A DNA stretch of 26,876 nt from a virus (lineage: Duplodnaviria; Caudoviricetes): IMG/VR virus record IMGVR_UViG_3300022217_000303, positions 1-26,876 of that record; one strand, given 5' to 3'. Shown piece by piece: positions 1-7,993 of this stretch. The position numbers and the translations under genes were made by a program. Below the pieces are notes generated by a model that was given only the letters and a program-made list of their open reading frames with translations, was not told the DNA's origin and ran no database searches. The stretch's first letter is position 1. Each line of letters begins with the position of its first letter.

Positions 1-216
1 ATGGCGGATGATGCGGATATGGCACAAGTTAGTACGGAACAGCTTTTAGATGCAAAAATTGCGTCCTGCCGGTCTAGCGCGCAAAGTGGGTCGGGCAGCG
101 TGGAGTGTGTCGACTGTGATGAACCCATCCCTGCCGCCCGAAAAGAAGCGGTGCCGGGATGTGTGAGGTGTATTGATTGCCAGGATGAATTTGAGGAGGA
201 GGGGGGAATCTTATGA
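1..216 (+). CDS. TraR/DksA family C4-type zinc finger protein
   Basis: N-terminal MADDADMAQ (DxxDxA) and CVDC...IPAARKEAVPGCVRCIDC zinc finger. Confidence 0.9.
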   Translation: MADDADMAQVSTEQLLDAKIASCRSSAQSGSGSVECVDCDEPIPAARKEAVPGCVRCIDCQDEFEEEGGIL

Positions 217-584
217 CGGCCCAGGAACTGACGGCACTCGTTAACCTTCTGGCCCTCTTTAAAAGCTATCCCATGATTCTGGCCATGATCATCTTTTTTG
301 TTCTCCCCTGGGTTGTTGTTTTCTTCTCCTCCCGGAATGGCCTGAAGATGGCTGCAATCCATGATCAGCGCTCAATTGAGATGGTGGCCTCTATAAAGGA
401 AAGCTTCACCAAGGTGGAAAGGGCCAATAAGGAGCGTTTTGAAGAAGTACTTTCCATGTATGAAAAAAATGTCGAGCTCGTCAAGGATTATGAAAAGGTG
501 GCCGGTGATCTGGTTAGCGTTATTCAGCTTAATACCCAGGTATCGACAAAGCTGGCTGAAAGGATTAAGAAAAATGGGACTTGA
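213..584 (+). CDS. Membrane protein, putative holin-like or lysis-region protein
   Basis: N-terminal hydrophobic segment followed by a coiled coil; ATGA overlap with the upstream gene; position between TraR/DksA and terminase genes. Confidence 0.5.
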   Translation: MTAQELTALVNLLALFKSYPMILAMIIFFVLPWVVVFFSSRNGLKMAAIHDQRSIEMVASIKESFTKVERANKERFEEVLSMYEKNVELVKDYEKVAGDLVSVIQLNTQVSTKLAERIKKNGT

Positions 585-819
585 AAGGGCGGCCATGCTG
601 GGCCGGTTAACAGAGTTGAAGCAAGAGCGGGAAGCGCTTCTTTTACGTATCGAGGGGAATTGTACTGCTGTCAGGCAGGGGCTCAATACGGCGCTAACAC
701 CTGTAGATGATCTGGATGTCCCTGTTGTCGGCTCTCAAATGAAGGAACTGGAAGAGGCATTCATGAAGAAGATCAACGTTGATAGCCAGATAAAGCGTCT
801 GGAAAAAGAGCTTGCCTGA
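574..819 (+). CDS. Hypothetical coiled-coil phage protein (start reassigned to ATG 574, MGLERAAM...)
   Basis: Overlaps the upstream stop, and its own stop overlaps the next ATG. The longer 439 start overlaps another gene. Confidence 0.7.
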   Translation: MGLERAAMLGRLTELKQEREALLLRIEGNCTAVRQGLNTALTPVDDLDVPVVGSQMKELEEAFMKKINVDSQIKRLEKELA

Positions 820-1325
820 TGGGTAGTAAAGGCGACAGGCAGGCAAAGGAAGGGCTGGCAAAGGACCTCTATGCCGAGGGGCTTAACCTGGAAGAGATAT
901 CGGGACGCCTCGATATTTCCGTTACCTCTCTTTCCAAATGGAAGAAAGAGAGTAAATCACCGGATATGGACCTTGACGACTGGGACCTGGCCAGGCAAAC
1001 GCACCGGGACTTTGTAGACGGACTAAGGAAGCTCTTCAGGGAGCAAATGGAGTATGTCCAGAAACTTCCGGCAAAGGAGCGGACGCCCTCTGATTTCGAC
1101 GCCCTTTCAAAGGCGGCATCCATTGTCAGGAAGTATGAAGAGATCAGGAAGGCGGAAAAAGCGGAAAACGAGAGCGGCATTGAGATCGACAGGCCTGCGC
1201 TCTTTTTGGAAAACCTGGACTGGCTGGCAAGGACACTTAAAGACCTCGATCCGGAAGGTTTAAAGGTACTGGCAAGAAACTTTGACTGCCTCATTGTGCA
1301 GTTTAAAGCTGAGTTTAGCTCTTGA
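819..1325 (+). CDS. Putative terminase small subunit, HTH protein (DUF1804/Mu gp27-like position)
   Basis: N-terminal HTH (AKDLYAEGLNLEEISGRLDISVTSLSKWKK); lies upstream of the large terminase. Confidence 0.7.
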   Translation: MGSKGDRQAKEGLAKDLYAEGLNLEEISGRLDISVTSLSKWKKESKSPDMDLDDWDLARQTHRDFVDGLRKLFREQMEYVQKLPAKERTPSDFDALSKAASIVRKYEEIRKAEKAENESGIEIDRPALFLENLDWLARTLKDLDPEGLKVLARNFDCLIVQFKAEFSS

Positions 1326-1441
1326 AAAGAGCTTCTACGAAACTTATGCCCTTTGGGTATAAAGCGGAGTTTAGCAGCAACTAAAAAACCATAAGGAGGT
1401 AAAAGGAAGATGATTAAAAAAACATTTAGGAGGTACAGGGT

Positions 1442-1819
1442 ATGAAGTTCAGAAAATGGGAAGGAGGCGTTTTTTTGCTGGTAGCGCTGCTTGTCTGTCT
1501 GTCCTGGCAGCCTGTCGCGGCCAGGGAGATACAAACAGATCGGGAGGCGGCGGTCAGCTTTTCCGTTGATGACAGCGGCCCCCTTGTCTTTGCCTATACC
1601 GGGCCTGTCCTGGCATCGGCCTGCGACAAGGGTGAAGAGGCGAATTGTTCCTCATGTCATGGCGCTGGAATTGTCGAGAGTGGAGAAAGAAGGCTCCTGG
1701 TCGGCAGCAGCGGTGATGATCCGGGCGGCTGGCTAGCAAAGGAATATCCCCTTTTTTATAAAGACATTGTTGAATCAGGTGAACCGGCAGGCTCTAAGAT
1801 GAGAGCTTCGCCTGTTTAA
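1442..1819 (+). CDS. Predicted exported protein with a single CxxCH motif (moron-like)
   Basis: AGGAGGT RBS; signal peptide MKFRKW-hydrophobic core-PVAA; CSSCHG motif; followed by a terminator. Confidence 0.7.
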   Translation: MKFRKWEGGVFLLVALLVCLSWQPVAAREIQTDREAAVSFSVDDSGPLVFAYTGPVLASACDKGEEANCSSCHGAGIVESGERRLLVGSSGDDPGGWLAKEYPLFYKDIVESGEPAGSKMRASPV

Positions 1820-1840
1820 TTTGATAAGCAGGTAATTTAA

Positions 1841-1873
1841 AAGCCCTCTTCCCGAGGGGAGAGGGCTTTTTTT
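1841..1873 (+). terminator. Intrinsic terminator
   Basis: AAGCCCTCTTCCC-GAG-GGGAGAGGGCTT stem followed by a T tract. Confidence 0.8.
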
Positions 1874-1947
1874 AAAAAACATCTTTACTGTCTTTCCGGA
1901 AAGGACCGGGGAGAGATTAAAACTGTTTTTAACAAGCGAAAGAGGCC

Positions 1948-3474
1948 ATGAGAAAAAGACCTAAAATTACAGAGAATAAGTTCGATAAATTTGCATCGGA
2001 CCTGAAGGAGTGGATCGCCGATTCGGTAAGCCCTTTTGAAAATGATTCCCCTGAAAAGCAGGAAGCCAGGAAAGCGCGGGCCGGTGAGGACCTGCTCTTT
2101 TTTTGCAAGACCTACCTGCCTCATTACTTCCCTTCTGCATTTGGTGAGTTTCATGAGGAGTGGGAAGAGGTTACTGAACTGGAAGATGAGGTTTTTCTTC
2201 TTGGCGCTCCCAGGGAACATGCAAAATCCACCTTTTTTAGTTTCGCCGTTCCTCTCTGGCATATCTGTTACCAGCGGAAACGCTTTCAACTTCTTATTAG
2301 CGATACCAGCGATCAGGCAAAGGGCTTTACTCTACCTGTCCGAATGGAGATTGAAGACAACCCCAGAATAAAAAATGACTTTGGAAATATGCGGGGATCC
2401 CGTTGGCAAGAGGGTGATTTTTTCGCCAACCATACACGGCTGCTGGCAAGGGGGCATGGGGATAAGGTAAGGGGGCTTAAATATAAACAATATCGGCCCG
2501 ATTACGCCTGCGTTGATGACTTTGAAAATGACGAAAACGTAGAGAACCCCAAACAGGTGATAAAGGGGCTAAAGTGGCTTAGAAGGTCAGTTATTGGCTC
2601 TATGGGACTAAAATATCTGTTTGTTATGGTGGGAAATCTCTTTCACCCTAAGGCTATTCTTTCTCAGCTTATTGCCGAAAAAGATGAGGACGGTAGTCCT
2701 CTCTATCTCTCCAAGGTTTACCAGGCATGGATCGATTACGGCAAAGCTGATCAGCGTCCCTTGTGGCCTGCCAACTGGTCTCCTGAAAGGCTGGAGAAGA
2801 AAAAACGGACCATGGGAACCAGGGACTTTAATGCCGAGATGATGAACCTCGTCGGTGATGAGGACTCTCCCTTTCCGGAAAGCTGGTTTAAGTATTTTGA
2901 GCGTTCCCATCTTGCCGGTAAGACGCTTCAGGTCGCATCTTTTGATGATCCTTCTGCCAAAAACGGGGAAGCCAATGACTATAAGGCAATTGTAACTGTT
3001 GGTCTTGATCGTACCGAAATGAAATTTTACTGCCTCCATGCCTGGATACGCCGGACCAGTCCGTCCGGAATGTTTGAGGCTGCTTACAGGTTAGTTGATG
3101 AATATGGCGGGGTGATCGGTATCGAGGAAAACATGCTTCATGATTTTCTTCATGATGCCATTATCAACTATGCCAAAGAAGTGGGCCGTTTTCTTCCCTG
3201 GATGCCGGTTATTCACAGCACAAATAAGGAAGCCAGAATTATCGGCACGCTCAGTTATCTGGTGGAGCATGGCAGGCTCTTGTTTGAGCGTGGCCACTCC
3301 GATCAAGACCTTCTTATTGAACAGCTCATTTATCTGCTTAATAAAAATATTAACGATGATGGCCCGGACGCCCTGGAAGGAGCCGTCAAGCTTTTACAGG
3401 GTAAGGCGGCTCCACAAAAAGTACACACGTCGGGACCGAGAGAAACGGAAGCTATGACAGCGGGGTATTGTTGA
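1948..3474 (+). CDS. terL: Terminase large subunit
   Basis: Walker A APREHAKST, Walker B CVDDFE, RGLK coupling region, RNase H-like nuclease residues (FDDPS, ND, DDGPDALEGA). Confidence 0.93.
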   Translation: MRKRPKITENKFDKFASDLKEWIADSVSPFENDSPEKQEARKARAGEDLLFFCKTYLPHYFPSAFGEFHEEWEEVTELEDEVFLLGAPREHAKSTFFSFAVPLWHICYQRKRFQLLISDTSDQAKGFTLPVRMEIEDNPRIKNDFGNMRGSRWQEGDFFANHTRLLARGHGDKVRGLKYKQYRPDYACVDDFENDENVENPKQVIKGLKWLRRSVIGSMGLKYLFVMVGNLFHPKAILSQLIAEKDEDGSPLYLSKVYQAWIDYGKADQRPLWPANWSPERLEKKKRTMGTRDFNAEMMNLVGDEDSPFPESWFKYFERSHLAGKTLQVASFDDPSAKNGEANDYKAIVTVGLDRTEMKFYCLHAWIRRTSPSGMFEAAYRLVDEYGGVIGIEENMLHDFLHDAIINYAKEVGRFLPWMPVIHSTNKEARIIGTLSYLVEHGRLLFERGHSDQDLLIEQLIYLLNKNINDDGPDALEGAVKLLQGKAAPQKVHTSGPRETEAMTAGYC

Positions 3475-3485
3475 TGTTTACAAAT

Positions 3486-3511
3486 GTAGGGGCAGACCTG
3501 CGTGTCTGCCC
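3486..3511 (+). repeat. REP-like palindrome with GTAG head
   Basis: GTAG-GGGCAGAC-CTGCGT-GTCTGCCC, intergenic. Confidence 0.7.
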
Positions 3512-3538
3512 TGATAACCACAAAGAGCAGGCAACTGA

Positions 3539-5092
3539 ATGAAGCAAGGCATATACATCAATCCACATGATTTTGTTGAACTGGGTGAGCTTTCTAATAA
3601 GAGGGAGCTTTCCTGTGAAATCGCTTCAAGAAGCAAGGCCTGGGACTGGACGGACCTGACGGGCCTTCTTCCCGATCCTGATCCCATCCTTCAGAAAATG
3701 GGCCAGGGCGTGGAAGTGCTGGAGTCGCTCACCTCTGACGGCCATCTTTGCGGTGTTATACAGCAAAGAAAGCTTGGCAGCCTTAAGAAAGAATACCGGT
3801 GGGAGCCGGGAACGGTTGGTGATGACGAGCCGACAGAGCAGGCCAAAAAGCTCTGTGAGGCATTACGGGAAGATATGAAAGGGATAGACGTTTATAACCT
3901 TCTGTCGGCCATGCTCGATACGCCCTATTACGGCATGTCTCCATTTGAGCTGATCTGGGAGCCTGACAGCAGCCGCATAAAGCTGAAGGATGTGAGAGCG
4001 CTTCCCTGCCGCTGGTTCGGATTCGATGCAGAGAACGAAATCCGTTTTAAATCTCTGGACCAGCCTGAAGAGGGAGAGGAAATCCCTTACGGCAAGGCGG
4101 TTATTGCCCGCCACTTTCCCACTTATGACAACCCTTATGGGCTCCGGCTCCTGTCCCGCTGTTTTTGGCCGGTGGCTTTCAAAAAGGGCGGCATCAAGTT
4201 CTGGCTCATGATGACGGAAAAATACGGCATGCCCTTTCTCCTCGGCAAGTACCGGCAGGGAGCAACGGAGGCCGAGCAGCAGGAAATGCTTGACCGGCTC
4301 AACGCCATGGTCAAGTCGGCAGTGGCCGTCATTATGGAGGGCGGGTCCATAGAGATGCTCGATGCAAAAGGGAAAGGGGCTTCAGCTGACCTTTATAAAG
4401 GTCTCAAGGACGCAATGGATTATGAAATGTCCAAAGTCATCGTCGGGCAAACATTAACTTCACAGACCGGCGAAGACGGCGGCGGATCATACGCCCTGGG
4501 AAAGGAGCATGGCGATGTGCTCAATGATTTCAGGATCGGTGACCAGAAGCTTGTCAAGAACAGCATGAACCGGATTGCAGAGATCTATGCCGCAGTCAAT
4601 GCACCCGGTGTCGAGCCGCCCGAGTTCTTCTGGTTTGAAGAGGAAGACCCTAAAAAGGAATTTGCCGAGCGGGATAAGACTGTTTCTGAAACTGGCGTCA
4701 AGTTCACTAAGGAGTATTACGTGCGCCGGTACGGATACAAGGAGGATGAGTTTGAGATTTCAACCACCCCTCAGTCCCCTCCTGATCCAGGAGGGGAAGA
4801 TAAGAGTGAGTTTGCCGAGCATAAGGGGGGTAAACGGTTTAGCCCTCAGCAGCAGGCCATCGAGGAGCTGGTTGAAAAAGTAACGAAGCTTGCTGCCGGT
4901 GCGCTGGAAGGAAATGAAAAACTGCTGATGGATATCGTCCTGAAGGCGGAGAGCTACGAAGAGGCCTTTGCTGCATTGCTGGAGGCTTACCCTCAACTGA
5001 AAACTGACGAGCTGGAGGAAGTGGTTTTTCAGTCGGGGTTGAATGCTCATCTTTTTGGCCGGTATACGGTGCAGGAGGAAGGGAAGGAGTGA
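3539..5092 (+). CDS. Mu gp29-like portal protein (DUF935)
   Basis: LPDPDPIL, NPYGLRLLSRCFWP, EKYGMP and SKVIVGQTLT...GSYALGKEH motifs; follows terL. Confidence 0.93.
   Translation: MKQGIYINPHDFVELGELSNKRELSCEIASRSKAWDWTDLTGLLPDPDPILQKMGQGVEVLESLTSDGHLCGVIQQRKLGSLKKEYRWEPGTVGDDEPTEQAKKLCEALREDMKGIDVYNLLSAMLDTPYYGMSPFELIWEPDSSRIKLKDVRALPCRWFGFDAENEIRFKSLDQPEEGEEIPYGKAVIARHFPTYDNPYGLRLLSRCFWPVAFKKGGIKFWLMMTEKYGMPFLLGKYRQGATEAEQQEMLDRLNAMVKSAVAVIMEGGSIEMLDAKGKGASADLYKGLKDAMDYEMSKVIVGQTLTSQTGEDGGGSYALGKEHGDVLNDFRIGDQKLVKNSMNRIAEIYAAVNAPGVEPPEFFWFEEEDPKKEFAERDKTVSETGVKFTKEYYVRRYGYKEDEFEISTTPQSPPDPGGEDKSEFAEHKGGKRFSPQQQAIEELVEKVTKLAAGALEGNEKLLMDIVLKAESYEEAFAALLEAYPQLKTDELEEVVFQSGLNAHLFGRYTVQEEGKE
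4763..4797 (-). repeat. REP-like palindrome inside the portal CDS
   Basis: Perfect 10-bp stem TCCCCTCCTG-ATC-CAGGAGGGGA. On the minus strand it is followed by CTGAGGGGTGGTT, the same layout as the intergenic repeats at 7532 and 11171. Confidence 0.6.
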
Positions 5093-5215
5093 GGCCGGAA
5101 TTTAGCCTCTAATGGGTTTTGTTGTGTTTGTGGGGTAATGCCCCGGAAAATAAAAAAAGCCGGATTTATCGGGATTTTAAAAACGGTTTAAACAGGGTTG
5201 TATAAGGAGGTTGAA

Positions 5216-6112
5216 TTGAAAAAAGGACTTAATGGCTGGATAGAGGTATTCAGGGCGGGAAAGCATACCGATAGCAAGGGTCGGGTGAGGAATTTTACAG
5301 AGACTGACCTCGATCTCATTGCAGGTAAATATGATCCGGCAGGACATGAGGCTCCTGTTGTGATCGGTCACCCCAAATCGAATGGCCCGGCCTATGCCTG
5401 GTTGGAGGGATTAAAACGGGCCGGTAACGTGCTGCTGGCCAAATTTAAGGACGTTAATAAAGACTTTAATGAAATGGTCGAGAGCGGGGCTTTTAAAAAG
5501 CGATCGATTTCCCTCTACCCGGATTTAACAGTTCGACATGTTGGATTCCTGGGAGCCCAGCCGCCGGCCATTAAAGGTCTTAAGGATATCAGCTTTAACG
5601 AAGGTGAGGAGTTTAACGAATATAACTATGAGGAAAAGGAGGAAACAGATATGCCGACAGTAGAGGAATTGCAGGCGCAACTGGATGAGGAAAGAAAGAA
5701 ACGGGAAGCGGCGGAAAAGAACGCCAATAATTTCAAGGAAAAGGCGGACGGTCTGGAGCTGTCTTTCTCAGAGCAGGAGGAAAAGCGCCGCAAGAAAGAT
5801 ATCTCTGATTTTGTCGAGCAGGGTATCAAGGACGGCAAGATTCTTCCCGCCTGGAAAAAGCAGGGACTCGTTGAATTTTTGGAGGCTCTTGAGGGGACTG
5901 AAGGAGAATATGAATTCTCTGAAGGTAAAGACAAGCAGACACCTGCTGCCTGGTTCAAGGGTTTTATCTCTTCATTTTCCGAACATCCGCTTTTTAAGCA
6001 GATGGCCAGGCCGGAGGAAGATGACAAAACGGGTGAAGCTGCCGAGTTTGCCGAGTGTGAAAAGGTGGGTGAAGAAATGGCGGCTATGGTTAATCCGCCG
6101 TCAGGGGATTAA
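5216..6112 (+). CDS. Mu gpI-like prohead protease/scaffold (probable TTG start at 5216)
   Basis: WIEVFRAG, APVVIGHP, PAYAW, FKKRSISLY and HVGFLGAQPPAIKGL motifs; AAGGAGG upstream of TTG 5216; coiled-coil C-terminal half. Confidence 0.88.
   Translation: MKKGLNGWIEVFRAGKHTDSKGRVRNFTETDLDLIAGKYDPAGHEAPVVIGHPKSNGPAYAWLEGLKRAGNVLLAKFKDVNKDFNEMVESGAFKKRSISLYPDLTVRHVGFLGAQPPAIKGLKDISFNEGEEFNEYNYEEKEETDMPTVEELQAQLDEERKKREAAEKNANNFKEKADGLELSFSEQEEKRRKKDISDFVEQGIKDGKILPAWKKQGLVEFLEALEGTEGEYEFSEGKDKQTPAAWFKGFISSFSEHPLFKQMARPEEDDKTGEAAEFAECEKVGEEMAAMVNPPSGD
5651..6112 (+). CDS. Putative nested in-frame scaffolding protein (Mu gpZ-like)
   Basis: AAGGAGG at 5636-5642, 8 nt before an in-frame ATG at the protease/coiled-coil boundary. 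Confidence 0.6.
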   Translation: MPTVEELQAQLDEERKKREAAEKNANNFKEKADGLELSFSEQEEKRRKKDISDFVEQGIKDGKILPAWKKQGLVEFLEALEGTEGEYEFSEGKDKQTPAAWFKGFISSFSEHPLFKQMARPEEDDKTGEAAEFAECEKVGEEMAAMVNPPSGD

Positions 6113-6122
6113 AACGTAAAAC

Positions 6123-6150
6123 GGGCAACCACAGGGGGATTGCCCCAACA
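6123..6150 (-). repeat. REP-like palindrome
   Basis: Minus strand reads TGTTGGGGCAATCCCCCTGTGGTTGCCC; related to 9860-9881 and 3486-3511. Confidence 0.55.
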
Positions 6151-6167
6151 AAAAAATGGAGGATTAA

Positions 6168-6494
6168 ATGACGACCGAATATACAAAGGACAATAAGGCT
6201 TATATAGCTGGGAATTATACTCCACTCACTAAAACTATCGGAGCAGGAGCCAATGAAATTAAGGGAACTATTATGGGCAGGCAAACGGTGGATGGCAAAC
6301 TCTATGCCTATAACTCAGCCAATATTGACGGTACGGAAAATCCCGTTTGTATCCTGGGAGAGGATGCTGCTGCCGCTGCCGCTGATGTTAAAGCTGAAAA
6401 CTGGTTTGCCGGTGTTTATGTAGAAGCAAACATGACCGGTCTCGATGCGGCGGGGAAACTTGCCCTGGAAGCCAGGGGAATCTATTTCGTTTAA
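6168..6494 (+). CDS. Head decoration protein (lambda gpD-like)
   Basis: GTIMGR...DGTENPVCIL motif and LEARGIYF C-terminus; directly upstream of the capsid gene. Confidence 0.8.
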   Translation: MTTEYTKDNKAYIAGNYTPLTKTIGAGANEIKGTIMGRQTVDGKLYAYNSANIDGTENPVCILGEDAAAAAADVKAENWFAGVYVEANMTGLDAAGKLALEARGIYFV

Positions 6495-6526
6495 TTCTTA
6501 ACTTATTAATTTTGGAGGTTTAAAAA

Positions 6527-7516
6527 ATGGCAGATACAGTTTTTAATTATCGTACGCTTACAGCGGGGATTAATAAGATGAGGACCGTTAAAACACCGGT
6601 GCTCGATAAGGTTTTTGGTCGAAAGAAAAGACAGCTCTCGTCAATGTTTAAGTGGGACATTAAGTCGAATGCCGAAAGAATCCTAAAAAATATCAAGGTC
6701 AGTGCTCCTGCCCAGGTGCAGGACAAAACAGGGCGCAAGACCGTTACTTGTGAAGCGCCCAGGTATGCGCCTAAACGCTTCATAGCAACGGGAGATCTGG
6801 ACGCAATGCGTGCCTATGGTTCTGAAGCCCCTGAACTTATGAAAGAGCGTGTTGCCGAGGAACAGTCTGACATGAAGGAAGATGTCGATCGCACCCGTGA
6901 ATTCCAGGCTGTTGAGGCAATAAAGGGAACGGTAGTGGATGAAGAAGGTAATGTCATTGTGAGTTATAACTTTAGTGCTGAACAAATGCCTGTGTTGGCA
7001 GGAATTGAGCTCTGGACTGATCCGGCTAGTAATCCGGTAAAAAAAATAAGGGGTTGGAAAAAGTGGATTTCACACAGGGTCACTGTCGATAAGTTTATTG
7101 CCTTTTGTGGAAGTGGTGCTATGGATGCCCTTATTGATAATCCGAAGGCCCTGGAACTACTCAAATATAATGCAGGGAAGCAGATAGCTGAAGAAGGCCG
7201 TATTGCATCCCTCGCGGCAGTTGATATTGAAGAATATTTCGGGACTTATAAGAATGCTGCTGAAGACATAATAGAGATGATTCCTGATGACGCCTTTATT
7301 CTTATTGGTCTAAGTGCTAAAGCTGCCGCCGAACTCTTTGCACCTATTGCTGATTCTAAAGCGGCGGGAGGCATTGGAAATGGCAAGCCAGGGCAGGTTT
7401 TTGCATCAAAGGCCTGGGATGAGGAAGATCCTGATGGTAAGTGGATCAAAGCGGAAAGTCGTCCACTGCCGGTACTATTTATGCCTGAGTGCGTCGTCTA
7501 CGCCAGGGTAATTTAA
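6527..7516 (+). CDS. Major capsid protein (lambda gpE-like family)
   Basis: 329 aa; LTAGIN, RTREFQA, WTDPASNP and EEDPDGKWIKAESRPLPV motifs; strong RBS. Confidence 0.88.
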   Translation: MADTVFNYRTLTAGINKMRTVKTPVLDKVFGRKKRQLSSMFKWDIKSNAERILKNIKVSAPAQVQDKTGRKTVTCEAPRYAPKRFIATGDLDAMRAYGSEAPELMKERVAEEQSDMKEDVDRTREFQAVEAIKGTVVDEEGNVIVSYNFSAEQMPVLAGIELWTDPASNPVKKIRGWKKWISHRVTVDKFIAFCGSGAMDALIDNPKALELLKYNAGKQIAEEGRIASLAAVDIEEYFGTYKNAAEDIIEMIPDDAFILIGLSAKAAAELFAPIADSKAAGGIGNGKPGQVFASKAWDEEDPDGKWIKAESRPLPVLFMPECVVYARVI

Positions 7517-7531
7517 CAAAAACCTCTTTTG

Positions 7532-7565
7532 TCCCCCTTTAGTAAAGGGGGATTGAGGGGGATTT
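7532..7565 (+). repeat. REP-like palindromic repeat
   Basis: TCCCCCTTT-AGT-AAAGGGGGA-TTGAGGGGGATTT, nearly identical to 11171-11204. Confidence 0.75.
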
Positions 7566-7582
7566 AAAGGAGGTAATAATTT

Positions 7583-7993
7583 ATGTCTGAAGAAAAAATC
7601 TATTACGGCAAGGTCAAGACCGGCATGATCGACCTGGGACCGAAGGAGGAAGACAAATATCTCCCTGGTTCTATGGTGCCGCTCAGTAAAAAGGACTATG
7701 ACCGGCTGCTTAAGAAGGGAGTCATTTCTCCCGGTAAAGCGCCTGAAGAGAAATCCGATGCAGGAGATATGACGGGAAAGGCAAAGGCCCTTCTCGATGC
7801 TTCCACTGTTGAGGGTGGCCCTGAACTTTCTCCGGAAATCAGAGCTTCCCTGGAAGCGGTTGTGGCCGGTGAGGTGATAGGTTCGGGTAAGCCTAAAGTG
7901 GAAACACTGGAGGCGATCCTGAAGCGGGAGATGGACGCTAAAGAACGTGATGCTATCTGGAAAGACGTGGAGAAGCTTTTAAGTGAAGGTTAA
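7583..7993 (+). CDS. Hypothetical post-capsid protein (Mu gp35 position)
   Basis: AAGGAGGT RBS; C-terminal GKPKVETLE...ERDAIW module; position after the capsid gene. Confidence 0.7.
   Translation: MSEEKIYYGKVKTGMIDLGPKEEDKYLPGSMVPLSKKDYDRLLKKGVISPGKAPEEKSDAGDMTGKAKALLDASTVEGGPELSPEIRASLEAVVAGEVIGSGKPKVETLEAILKREMDAKERDAIWKDVEKLLSEG

Noticed and set aside
5089-5112. GTG-initiated MRPEFSL after the portal as a relic of a relocated MuF start
   Set aside because: Seven codons with no convincing similarity to the MuF N-terminus.
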